Assembly (NCBI RefSeq): GCF_963921235.1
Contig: NC_086105.1
Span: forward strand, 126,666,001-126,730,000
Direction of reading: 5' to 3'
Source of the DNA: Mobula hypostoma
Taxonomy: Eukaryota
Length of the DNA stretch: 64,000 bases
Below the pieces are notes generated by a model. The model worked only from the letters and a program-made list of their open reading frames with translations, did not search any database and was not told where the DNA came from. Below are positions 26,075-39,083 of the stretch, piece by piece (position 1 is the stretch's first letter; each line of letters starts with the position of its first letter). The translations under genes were made by a program, and so were the position numbers.

Positions 26075-27113
26075 CATATACTTTATACATACTTTATTGT
26101 CGCCAAACAATTGGTACTAGAACATACAATCATCACAGCGATATTTGATTCTGCGCTTCCCACTCCCTGGATTACAAATATTAAATATTAAAAATAGTAA
26201 AAAATTAGTCACAGTTATCACAGTTGGAAAGAAGCTGTTCCCAAATCTGGCCGTACGAGTCTTCAAGCTCCTGAGCCTTCTCCCGGAGGGAAGAGGGACG
26301 AAAAGTGTGTTGGCTGGGTGGGTCGTGTCCTTCATTATCCTGGCAGCACTGCTCCGACAGCGTGCGGTGTAAAGTGAGTCCACGGATGGAAGATTGGTTT
26401 GTGTGATGTGCTGCGTCGTGTTCACGATCTTCTGCAGCTTCTTTTGGTCTTGGACAGAACAACTTCCATACCAGGTTGTGATGCACCCTAGAAGAATGCT
26501 TTCTACGGTGCATCCATAAAAATTAGTGAGGGTTTTAGGGGACAGGCCAAATTTCTTTAGTTTTCTCAGGAAGTAAAGGCACTGGTGGGCCTTCTTGGCA
26601 GTGAACTCTGCTTGGTTGGACCAAGTCAGGTCATTTGTGATACTGACCCTGAGGAACTTAAAGCTTTTGACCTGTTTCACTTGCGCACCACCGATCTAAA
26701 TTGAGTCGTGCAGTCCGCTACTCCTTCTGAAGTCAACAACCAATTCCTTCATCTTGCTGACGTTGAGGGATAGGTTATTGTCTTTGCACCATGCCACCAG
26801 GTTCTTAATTTCCTCTCTGTACTCAAACTCATCATTACCCGAGATACGGCCTACAATTGTTGTGTAATCAGCAAACTTATATATTGAGTTTGATGGAAAC
26901 TTTGCTACACAATCATGGGTGTACGATGAGTACAGCAGGGGGCTGAGTACACAGCCTTGTGGGGCACCGGTGCTCAGAGTGATTGTAGAGGAGAGCTTGT
27001 CCCCTAGTTTTACAGCCTGGGTCCTGTCTGTGAGAAAGTTGAAGATCCAGCTGCAGATCTGAGTGCTAAGGCCCAGGTTCCGGAGCTTAGGAATCAGTTT
27101 ATTTGGAATGATG
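26075..27113 (-). mobile_element. Rex1/Babar LINE, younger 5'-truncated copy
   Basis: [50 protein letters not shown] in two long frames. Confidence 0.9.
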
Positions 27114-27377
27114 GTATATATATATTCATATAGCATAGAACATACAGCACAGTACAAGCTCTTTGGCCCGCAATGTTGTGCTGACCTTTTAATCTACTCT
27201 AAGATCAATCTAAATCTTCCCTCCTACATAGCCCTCTTTTGTGTAAACAACTTTGACATTCCCCCTATACTTTCCTCAAATCACCTTAAAATTATGCTGC
27301 CTTGTATTATTCATTTCCACATTGCTTAAGGAGTCTCTGACTTTGTCTATGCCTCTTATCATCTTGTACACCTTTAC

Positions 27378-27680
27378 CAGCTGGGTAGGCTGGTGCCAGT
27401 GATGCATTGGCCAATTTTGACGACGTATTGTCGAGCCTTCCTGTCCACCGCAGTGCAGTTCCCATACCCTGCAGTGATGCAGCATGTTAGGATGTTCTCT
27501 ATTGTGCATCTGCAGAATGATGTGAGTATGGATGGGCAAAGTCCAGCTCTCTTCAACCTCCTCATAAAGTTGAGGAGTTGGTGAGCTTTCTTGATTGTGT
27601 AGGATGTGTTCTGGGACCATGAGAGGTTGTGTGTGATGTGCACTCCCAGGAGTTTGAAGCTGTGCCTGCTGATGTAAAGT
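27378..27680 (-). mobile_element. Rex1/Babar LINE fragment
   Basis: LSWSQNT..IKKAHQLLNFMRRLK, CTIENILT. Confidence 0.75.
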
Positions 27681-29237
27681 GGGGGGGGGGGGCATTACTA
27701 CACAATCTCTGGTCTAACTTTACTTTTTTTTTGCATAACAATACATGACAACAAGGCATCATTGTAGGGAATTAAAAACATGACATTCTGGGGATAAAAT
27801 TATAATCAGCAAAAATGCTGCAAGGTTCCAACAGGCAATTGCTTATTCTTCTTAATTCAGTGCTTGTTTGAACAGCCTTATTGTTGCAAGAGATAGTTAA
27901 CTGTGTAGTGAAATATCTGCATGAAAAATCTAATATTCTGGGCATGAAAAACAATGTGCAAAGCTGTTCTATCATTACTTCATGCAGGTTGATTTCCATT
28001 AATGGCAGGGGAATAACTATTAAAGACAAATGAGTGTGAGCAACTATTCAGCTAGCTGTCATCATCATGTGCCATGTCATTAGATGTGGGCGATCATGGT
28101 CAATGACTGGAATTGTCCTTGGCAAATTTTTCTACAGAAGTGGTTTGCCATTGCCACCTTTTTTTGCAGTATCTTTACAAGACAGGTGACCCCAGCCATT
28201 ATCAATACTCTTCAGAGATTCTCTGCCTGGCAGCAGTGGTCGCATAACTGAGACTTGTGATATGCACCAGCTGCTCAGATGACCATCCACATGCTGATCC
28301 TATGGCTTCATGTGTCCCTGATGGGTGGAGGCAGTGGCTAAGCAGGTGCTACACCTTGCCCAAGGTTGACTTGAGGGCTAGCGGAGGAAAGGAGCGCCTT
28401 ACACCTCCTTTGTTGGAGACGTAACTCCACTCCCGCCAGTAGTGTCTTGTTCAATTTGAAGATTAGAGGCCCAAACCAATGCATAATTAAACACAAATTG
28501 ACATAATTTTGCAAAATTGCCAAAATGTAAGGGATGTAAGTATCATTTGTAGGAACCTTCCATTGCCAAAAGACAATGGAAAGTTCTTATGAAAGATATA
28601 TGCATTCTGAGGTATCCAAAGATACAGTAATTCTTTTAATAAGAAGGATCCATAACTAGTTCTCTTTCACCGAGGAAACCACATTGGTGAGTAGTTGCTT
28701 GGCCTGTGACAAATAGCATTTGTTACAAAAAGCTTCTTACCTGATATTTGATTAAAATTAACAGATCTCCAGCAAAGTCTTTGGCAGAAATCAGCATGAG
28801 GTCATACCCACTGAACAGCATTTGCAAACTTGTACAGAGCTGTATGGTAACCTAAGTATCAACCAGCTAATATGTGCAGTTTCACACATATACAGTTATC
28901 TGAGGCTTGTATTCACAGTGTTCAATAACTTGAAAATTGCATGTAATATTGAGCATTAGTAACTTTCCAAATCTATTTAACATATTTACTGTGAAGGTTT
29001 ACTGTATGCCCTCCAAAGTAAGACTCTTTGAAATAAGATATATTATTTCCAGAATTTGTGTTCTGCACTGTCACTCTCTGCCCACAAAAATCTCTATGCC
29101 AGGAACTTCTCCATCTCTGATCTCAGTGGACCCATGATATCTAGTAACCATGACATGTAGACAACATGACATAATTAAGTTGACTGAACAGTTAATCACA
29201 AAATAGTCCCAAAAGGGCAAGCAAGAAAAAAAATCTC

Positions 29238-30172
29238 AAACAGGAGAAAATCTGCAGATGCTGGAAATCCAAGCAACACACACAAAATACAGGAGGAACT
29301 CAGCAGGTCAGGCAGCATCAATGGAAAAGAGTAAACAGTTGACGTTTCAGGCCGAGACCCTTCATCAGGACTGGAGAAAAAAAGATGAGGAGTCAGAGTT
29401 AGAAGGTGGGGAGGGGAGAAACACAAGATGGTGTGTGAAACTGGGAGGGGGGACGGATGAAGTAAAGGGTTGGGATGTTGATAGGTGAAAGAGATACAGG
29501 GCTGGAGAAGGGGGATCTAATAGGAGAGAACTGAAGACCATGGAAGAAAGAAAAGAGGGAGGAGCACCAGCAGGAGGTGATGGACAGGTAAGGAGATAAG
29601 GTGAAAGAGGGAAAAGGGGATGGGGAATGGTGAGGGGGAGGGAGCATTACCAGAAGTTTGAGAAATTGATGTCAATGCCATCAGGTTGGAGTCTATCCAA
29701 ACGGAATATAAGGTTGTTGCTCCTCCAACCTGAATGTGGCTCATCGCGACAGTAGAGGAGGCCATGGACAGTCATGTCAGAATAGGAATGGGAAGTGAAA
29801 TTAAAATGGGTAGCCACTGGGAGATCCGGACTTTTTCTGGCAGACGGAGCATAGGTGCTTAGCAAAGCGGTCTCTCAATCTACGTTGGGTCTCACCAATA
29901 TACAAGAGGCCACACTGGGAGCATCGGATACAGTAGATAACCCCAACAGACCCTCAGGTGAAGTGTTGCCTCACCTGGACAGACTTTTTAGGGCTCTGAA
30001 TAGTAGTGAGGGAGGAGGTGTAGGGGCAGGTGTTACACTTATTACATTTGCAAGGGTAATTGCCAGGAGGGAAATCAGTGGGGAGGGACGAATGGACAAG
30101 GGGATCCCTGCAGAAAACAGAAAGTGGTGGGGGGGAGGGAAAGATGCGCTTGGTGGTGGGATCCTGGTGGAG
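29238..30172 (-). mobile_element. Penelope-like element 3' fragment (GIY-YIG C-terminus + tail)
   Basis: Translates to DLPVATHFN..SHSYSDM and LIFRLDRLQPDGIDINFSNF, homologous to 40379-40840. Hammerhead motif at 29336-29373. Confidence 0.85.
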
Positions 30173-30257
30173 ATGACAATAAAGGTAAAAACATCTAAAA
30201 TAGAAGTATATTCTGGTTTAAGGGTGCTGTTGAAGAATAATGATGACTTGCTGGTAG

Positions 30258-31401
30258 TGTCACGTACCCGTGATGGGTTAAAGAACCTACAGAAATGGAA
30301 AACAGTTTGGAGTCAGGTATTGCTATTCACTAATATTATTTATTAGTAACTACGCAATACAGTAATATAAATGCAGATATATCGAACAGGTTAGCAATGA
30401 TAACATGTATATAAGTGTGGAAACATAGAAACCAAGTTTCTTCAAGCCTAGGGGTGAATGGATACAGTCTTACGGTGATGAGTAAAGTTCAGTTCAGTTC
30501 ATGGTATTGAGTTGAGTAGTGATGGAGAGAGAGATATTTGTAATCTAGGGTAAACGTCGAGAGAAGGCAATTACATTGATATTCCACAGATTCCACGACA
30601 GCAATACAAAATAACTATAGTAGTAGGTTTTATCTCTGAAGTTGTTCCACTCCACACACGAAGTATCACCGACAGTGATCTTCAATGAATATCCTTTCAA
30701 CACAAGTGGTACCACACCTGAATTCAGCTACGGTTCATTCCAAAGTGGTGGCCATAGGTTTTCCCCCCACCAGAGAACCCACTCTTGTGGATTAACTACG
30801 TGACAGTCACACCATCGTATTCAAATGGAACTCAAACTCACCCTTATGGGATACTGAGAGAGAGAGAGTCCAAACAGTAACCTCTTTGTCATTCGGTTTC
30901 TTCTGTTTCAAACCTTCCTCTCCCCTCTTCTCTTCCTTTAAAGTCACCAAATGTGACCACAACAAAGGGCAATCGTCTTCTGTGCTGGAGTTATCAACCC
31001 AGGCGAAGGTTGGACACACTAATAACTCCCCACCGGTCACACCTTTTCTACACTGCGAGAGCCACTGATTGATTCTCCTGATCCACCTTTCTGTGGGCAC
31101 AACAAAGCTCGTCCAGTGTCCAAAACCATGTGTCTGTCTATCATCTGACCTTCTATTTATCTCACCATGCTGAACACCAGGTATCCATCAAGTAGCTCCT
31201 CCCTTCTCTCTCTGTAAGAACTTAGGAGCTGCCAGTGTCCTTGCAGAAGTGTAAACATGCTGCAGAGAAACCATAACACCATCTCAAAGCAGTCTTCGCC
31301 TCTCTCTCTCTTAATAACAAGGTGTCTGTGTTGGACACCTCTCTCTCTATCTTTTTAAAAGCACAGTTCATAAAAAATATGACCCCTAGGGGTACATAAC
31401 A
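30258..31401 (-). mobile_element. Solo LTR (1144 bp), probably Gypsy or ERV type
   Basis: TG...CA ends with terminal inverted repeat TGTCACGTACCC / GGGTACATAACA. 4-bp TSD GTAG (30254-30257, 31402-31405). AATAAA on the minus strand near the left end. Confidence 0.8.
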
Positions 31402-32299
31402 GTAGCAAACAAATCAAGCAAAACTATAATTTACTGTATTAATCACACTTTTACTCAGATATGATTACTGCAATCAATAGCCTCTAATTTCCCTTTTGGA
31501 ACCACCCGTATGACCTGGCATTTTCAAAACTGAAGCCTTGAAGCTGAAGGACATTTGCAGTGTGCAGTGTACGGGCTGAATGGAGGCAGCGGGCCCCAGG
31601 CCTGAGAGCAGGGAATGAGTCAATGTGTGGCCATTGCTGGAGCAGACTTGGGGGTGAATTGATCTGACAAAACTGCGGCGAGGCAGACTATAGTTGGAGG
31701 GGCCTCAACCCAAGAGTGATGAAAGACCCAAGGTTTGATCGTCTTAAGCACCGGGCTGAATTGGAAATGTCGGGGTGTTGGGGTTGGGGCTGGGGCTGGA
31801 GGTGAGGGACGGGCTAGTTCAGCTCGCTGTTCCGCGAGGTTTACTCGTTTCTGTGATGAGCTGAGGCTGTGGCCTGCAACTAACAGGATCCTGAATCAGC
31901 TGCAGTGACGACTGGCTCATGGCTGTCACTCACTTTCGTGAACTTCATTTCTGAATGTTATTTGCTTACTTTTATTGTTTGCATGATTTGTTTTGTTTTT
32001 CTGCACATTGGGTGTTTAATGGTCTTTTTTTATTGGGTTCTATCGGGTTTCTTTGTTTTGTGGCTGCTTGTCTGGAGACAAATCTCAAAGTTGTATATAG
32101 TATACATACTTTGATAATAAATGCACTTTGAACTTGCAGAATTAGTACTTTTTGTTCAAAATGGAAACATATATAACTTCCACTATGTTCTTGAAAATAT
32201 AGTGAATTTTCCTTGAATCTGGTGAAAGCTGCAAAAACAAAAAAAGAACAATCTTTGCTGGAGAGTCAAATTTTGGACTTTGGGACTTTGGGATGTTTG

Positions 32300-34600
32300 C
32301 ATGATGTATTGGTGTCAGTTTACTACTGTCACACATACCAAAATACATTGAAAAATTCAGTCTTACAAAGTGTTCACACACAGTACATTGAGGTAGAACA
32401 AGTTAAAACAATAACAATGCAGAATAATGTGTAAAAGCTATAAGAGAAAGTGCAGTGCAGATAAACAATAAAATGCAAGATCATAACATGGTAGCTTGTG
32501 AAATCAAGAGTCCTTCTTATCATACAAGAAGTTAATTCAAGAGTCTGCTAACAGAGGGATGGAAACTGTCATTGAGCCTCGTGTTACGTGCCTTCAGGCT
32601 TCTGTATCTAATGCCCAATGGGAGAGGGAATAGCAAATGTAGCTGAAGGAAGTGCAATACATACACAGTCCATAGAGAGGGAGCCTGGTTTCCGTGATGT
32701 GCTGAGCTGTGTCCACAACTCTCCGCAGTTTCTTGCAATCACACGCAGAGCATTCCTTTACTAAATCATTCTGCCAAAGTCAAGGTGGTCAAAGTAAAAC
32801 TTATTTTCAAAGTATGTATATGTTACTACATACTACCTTGGCATTCATTTTCTTGCAGACATTTACACACAAAAAAGAAATAGAATAGAATCTACGAAAC
32901 GCTGCACATAAAAAAGACTGACAAGCAATGTGCAAAAGAAGATAAATTGTGCAAATAAAACAATAATAATAATACTCAGAACATGAGTTGTAGTGTCTTT
33001 GAAAGTGAGTCTGTAGGTTGCAGAATCAAATCAGAGTTGTGCTAAGAATGAAGTTATCCACACTGGTTCAAGAACCTGATGATTGTAGGGTAACAGTTGT
33101 TTTTGAATCAGGTGGTGTGAGACCCAAGACTTCTGTACATCCTACCCCTTAGGAGGTAATAGTGAGAGAAGAGCATGGCTTGGATGGTAGGGGTTCTTGA
33201 CGAAAAGCAGGGGTTCTGCTTTTTTGTGGCAGTGATCCATGTATATGTGCTCATTGGTGGGAAGGACTTTAGCTGTGATGGACTGGGCTGTATCCACTGT
33301 TTTCTGCAGCCCGTTCCAGTCCTGGGCATTGGTGTTTCCATACCAGGCCATGATGCAACCAATTGGGATACAATCCATTATGCATCTATGGAAGTTTGTC
33401 AAAGTTTTTGGTGATATATCCAAACTTTGAAGAGAGTAGAGGTGCTATCATGCTTTCTTTGTGATGGCATTGATGTGCTGTTCCCAGGACAGATCCTCTT
33501 GATATGATGATGCCAAGGAATTTAAAATTCTGCACCTCTGATCCCCTAATGAGGACTGGTTCATGGATTTCTGGCTTCTTCTTTCCTTAGTCAATAATTA
33601 GCTCAGTCCTGATGAAGGGTCTCGGCCTGAAACGTTGTCTGTACTCTTTTCCATAGATGCTGCCTGGCCTGTTGAGTTCCTCCAGCATTTTGTGTGTGTT
33701 GCTTGGATTTCCAGCATCTGCAGATTTTCTCTTGTTTGTAATCAGCTCTTTGGTTTTGCTGATGTTGAGTGAGAAGTTGTTGTTTTGGCACCATTCAACC
33801 AGATTTTTCAATCTCCCTTCTATAAGCCAATTCATCACCACCTTTGATTTGGCTAACAACGGTGGTATCATCAACAAACTGGTATATGGCAATGGAATTG
33901 CACTTAGCCAAACAATCATAAGTATAAAGTGAGCTAATCACAGAGTATTGTGGTGTACCTGTGATGGCGATTGTGGAAAAGATGTTGCCAATCTGTAATG
34001 ACGAGGGTATGTAAGTGAGGAAATTGAGGATCCAGTTGCACAGGGAGGTATAGAGGACCTGGAGCTAGGGGATGACAATGTTGAATGCTGAGCAGTAGTC
34101 AATGAAGAGCATCCTGATGGATGCACCCAGGTGTTCCAGAGCTGAGTGAAGAGCATTGAAATGGAATCCGCTATTGATCTGTTGTGACAGTAGGCACATT
34201 GGTGCAGATCCAGGTGATTCCTCAGGCAGGAGTTGATGTGCTTCATGACCAGCCTCTCAAAGCACTTCTTCACGGTGGGTGTAAGTGCTACTGGACAATA
34301 GTCATTGATAGCATTATAATAGATTGATTCATCCAGACAGAATGCTTTCTATGGTGCATCGATAAAAATTTTTAAGTGTTGATGGGGACATGACAAATTC
34401 CTTTAGCCTCCTGAGGAAGTAGAGGTGTTGGTGAACTGTTACGGCCATGGCATCAACATTGTTGGACCAAGAAAGACTATTATCAATGTTCAATTGTATT
34501 CTTGAAACATAACCTAGGAAACTGAATTTGTCAAAGCTCTCAACCTCAATAGTGTTGATGTAGACAGGAGCATGTGCACCATGCTGAATGACCTGCAGTT
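32300..34600 (-). mobile_element. Run of degenerate Rex1/Babar LINE fragments
   Basis: KCFERLVMKHINSCL, NNFSLNISKTKELI, HLYFLRRLKEF, RYRSLKARNTRLNDSF. Confidence 0.8.
33605..33738 (+). mobile_element. 134-bp Penelope tail unit (hammerhead + 3' end) inserted in a Rex/Babar LINE
   Basis: Begins AGTCCTGATGAAGGG, ends CAGCATCTGCAGATTTTCTCTTGTTTG. Imperfect TSD TAATTAGCTC / TAATCAGCTC. Confidence 0.8.
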
Positions 34601-37600
34601 GCAAGGAATCATTTGGGACTATATACTCAAATTTGAAAACTAAGCTACAATTGTATTAAACTGCTTTAGAAAGGGTAGGAATGTCATTTCATTTCAAATA
34701 ATCCATAATGCAGAAAGGGCACAGAAGAGTCAGCTGTGAGATTGTGTAAGATTATTGACCAAAAATGTTAACTTAGTTCTTCCTGCCTGACCGGTATTTT
34801 CTGTTTTACTTCAGATTTCCATCTACAATATTTTGCTTTTGTGTCAGTAAGATGCACATGAAATACATAATCCTGTCAAGAAGAATTAATTGACTGAAGA
34901 CTCCAGAAAATAGTGCCTGTGCCTGAAAGAAAACTGAGGCAAATATTGTGCCTGGGTAAGTTTTGAATATAATTAATCAGATTTATTACGGAGCTACTTC
35001 ATACACTATCTATTACCTGCCAACTGTCCAAGGATTTTAAAAAAATACTAAATTAAGATCTCAGACTCTGTTAATTGCTGTTTTTAATACTCAGCTGTTG
35101 TTCATGGCTAGTCAGTTTGTTGAATAATTCTGTCTATTGAAGATTTGCAGCTCAAAAGCTAGGTTATCCTGACTCATGTTAATTCAGCATTTATTTTCCT
35201 GCCTTTACTTTTGAATTATGATCTTCAACTAGGACTGAGTATATAAGTTGTGGTTTGGCTTCCACCTTGGTGATTTGATAAGGTAGTAATTTCACTTACT
35301 CAAAAGGAGACAACCTAATTGAGGGCTGCTAAATTAAATGAAGTTTGATGTTAACTGATCACCATGAGATGTTTTGCTGAAGAAGAAGGAAAAGCTTCTC
35401 ATTCTACATTGGAGGATAAAATATTGTACTATTCTTTAGGAAGGAGTTACAGGAGTGAAATTATAGATTTGTCTAGTTTTTTCGGTAATGTGTGTCAGGG
35501 TACAGAGATATACCTCCCTTAAAATTTATTTTTTTCCATCCTTGATCTAACCATATTTTATGCAGTTCCAACTTGACTGATTTTATGGAGAACCTCTTGC
35601 GTCTGTATGTCTTCAGATCCTGGTTGCCTTTTAATGTCCTTTTATAACTGCTCTTGCATTCTTGAGATAGGTGTATGGGGTGTCCAGGGAAGGGTAGCAC
35701 CACTGGTGAAGGGGCTTGTCATGTCCATACTGGTACTGCTCACTCACCATTGGGTCCCAACAGACACTCAGCTCTCACCCGTGGCTCCAAGTAGCTCTTT
35801 GCACTCGTCAGCGGCCAGACTCTGGTATACTGCTTCGACAGGTGGGCTGAACCAGATGAGAGTAGATGGCAGGCCTCATACCCCAGTGAGAGAGGGACAT
35901 GCCCGTCCTAACATGTGCAATCAGCTCTAGCGGACTGGGAAGATGAGATCAACAGTGAGATCCAATGGCCAGGAAGGCGGCTCTGCAAAGCTTCATGGAG
36001 AGCGAAGGGCATGACACAGCAGAGAAGAAGTCATGGTTATCCACTGCAACCAAAGAAGACCCCAGTTTGTGATGGCTACTCATACCACTGGACCCAGATT
36101 ACTGTGGTTGAGAGAACGGAATTGCCCTAGTGCAATGGCTTTTCTACTTCAAAAACTCTCCCAAGTAGATTTCCTGGCATTGTTGGATGTGACGGATAAC
36201 CAACATCTGCCTTCTTAAATTTCTTGGTCCCTGTCCTCCAACAACCTCCACTCTGTCCTGCAGTATTCCTTGCCGTTTGCGTTTTATCTGAATTTATTAA
36301 TCATTTGCAGCCTTCAATACAACTTAATTCTTTGGGTACCTTTGTTAAATGATGTTTAAGTACAAAATGGAGGCTTTATCTTAATTACTCCTTATCTTTA
36401 GCCCAAAGTCAATCCCTCTATTCTATTGAGCATTTCATCCTCAGTAAATGGTGCATTCTTTGTGTCTGGAAAAAAAACATTTTTGCAGAAGATATAAAAT
36501 AACTTATGAAAATCTATCCATATAATTGGCATTGGATTCTCTTTAACCATGTAATTTATTCAGAAAAATGAAATCAATTATCTCCGGATTGCTTGTTATA
36601 AATCAGCACTGTTTATGATTTGCAATTTAACAACTCAAGTTTATCCACTAAAAATGTAAAATTTCACAAATAGTTTGAGCATTCAATACAGAAAATTTAG
36701 CAAATTGTGTATGTGAATGTGTTTTCTGTCAGATGAAAAACATAATGTTGATCAAAAGAGAGAGAGAAAGCTGATATGATCAGTTTTCATATTATCAGGA
36801 CGGGGTGCAAGCCAATATTTGACCCCATTTTGCCGATTAAAGCTCCCATTGTTCACCAACTAAAGCAACGAGGGTGATTGAAGTATCAAAGCGAGCGTGG
36901 AGGGTGAACACCAGGTGCCTGTCTATTGATCACTCTGCTACACTACCAGAGAGGGAAGAGCCTGCTGTTTGGGAGAATGTTGCCCAGGATTTTTCTGCAT
37001 TTTGGATGTGGGCTTGAAATATAGAATCTCTTTTACAGTCTTATAGTTTTTATATTTTGTGTTTTTTCTCCGGATCTTTTATTCATCTTTCATCTTTTAT
37101 TCTTTCATGTGGGGAGGGGGATCTAGGGGTCGATGTGCCTGATCCATTTTGTTTTATGTGCAGGAGGGGGTATTTGGGGGTTGATGATCGTGCTGCCTTT
37201 CTTTTTCTTTCTTGGTTTCATGGCTACCCAGAGAAGTGAAAAATTTTAGAGTTGTATTCTTGGATAATAAAATGAACCTTTGAACCTTTTCTTTCCAACC
37301 TCACATTGGCTAGTTTCTCTATAGCATTCAATTAATTGTCATTTAGCCAGATATGAAATCTTATGAATACAGCTAAATGAGACAGACCCTTCCTCCCCAG
37401 CCCACCGATATCATCTGTCGACTGGCCCCCAAGGCCCTCTAGGCAACACCATGGCTTTGAGGCCCAGTCCTCACATACACAAGCACATTAGTGAAAACAT
37501 AACCAGACAAATAAGTACTGTGTGTATATAGTCCAGACCCTGTGGTCCATTTTAAATCTTCAGTCCCACAACTGTGCTCCGCAACCTCTGGTTGAGTGCA

Positions 37601-39083
37601 GTGGCTTGGACGCCTCTCCTCCAGCAGCTGCAGAGCAAGTGACTCCACAGCTTGAGGCCCGAGCCCACTGAATGTCGCTAAAAAATCTGCAGTCAGCCAC
37701 AACAGAGGCTTGCCTTCTGCCGAGCGAAACCCTGGGAAGGCAGATCCAAATCTATCCTGGCCCCAGGGTGGTGCAATGGCTTCGTCCCCTCACTCCAGGC
37801 AGCTGCAAACAGGCAACACCATGGCTTCAGGCCTAGTCCTCACTATGACTGAGGACTAGTTCCCCTGTATCCACTCACACTCGCATCCAATAAATCACTG
37901 AATCGATTTTGCAGCATACCAGATTAACAATGTCCAAAGGGATCTTGCGATCACAAGAAAAGTGACCATGACAGCCACTTGCTATTTGACTGTAGTTCTC
38001 CAACAACTCAGCTTCATCAATTCAGTGAGCAACTCACTGATGGCGTAGACCTGCAGTCCTTTCAGTTCTTTACGTAGAGCATGATCTTGTGATCAGCAGA
38101 CGTACGTTTAAGTAGAAAGGTTTTGTTAGTTTTTTTATTGTTGTGGAAAGTTCATCTTTGAAAGTTTCATAATAAAGGATCAAAAGTATTTTTTTTCAAT
38201 TTGGAACTCATTTATATGGAAGCATGTCATACAGTGTCAATTCTTGTACTCAGTCTCTCAGACGTTTTGGTTTGTTTTCAAGTAACCACTACCTTTTTGT
38301 CAAGAAAAAAATAGTTATGGCAAACAAACACCTCAGACCTGTTGGTGAAATTGGGGCAGCTTGTGCTAGGATTATTTATGACCTTTTGTTGTTGATGATT
38401 TGTGGTTTGAACACGGTTTTGAATGGTAGGTGCTCCCTGTTCACTGTGGACTATTGCTTGACTGCATGGTGTTTTCCCCAGGATTCGTCACTTTCTTTCA
38501 CTGATGTGCCGGAATAGCGTCCATGTTACTGACATTTGAATTGAATACTGTTTGTTGTGTCTGGTTTAAGTGCTGTGGATGGATGTGCAGTCAGTTTGTT
38601 GCCTGTGTTTATTGAACGGAATATTGCTGGTGTGTTTTGCGAATGTACTGCGGGCAAACAAAGAGTTAGTTGTGAGTTGTGCAAAAAGAAGAAAGTACCA
38701 TGAGTAAATTGAAGCATGGAAATGATATCAGTGACCCTGAAGATGGGGCAGGCAAAAGAGGAATTAAACTTATTATGAAAGTTAAGGCCAATCGAGTTGA
38801 AGGTCTTTGAAAGGAGTATGAGACAAATGTGAACAAAATTGTGAACCACCTTTTAAGGATCTGAGGAAGAATAAAGAAAATGCCTTACAAGTGCAATCTC
38901 ATTTTGAGAACTTGACTAATCTCTGTGAAGCTGTCGCTAAGCAGCATTAAACACTATTGTTAATACTTCCCAAGGATGAACAAGCAAACAGAATGAATGT
39001 TTTTTCAAACAGAGATAGCTATAGCAGTGCATTCATAGGGATGTGAAACGATGGTTTACCAAAACATTGTATATATTGAAGGT

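Noticed and set aside
21900-29150. Possible extra gene in unique-looking islands (e.g. 22452-22510, 25700-25890, 28553-28690) with splice-like sites
   Set aside because: Only short frames ending in stops, and no recognisable protein similarity.
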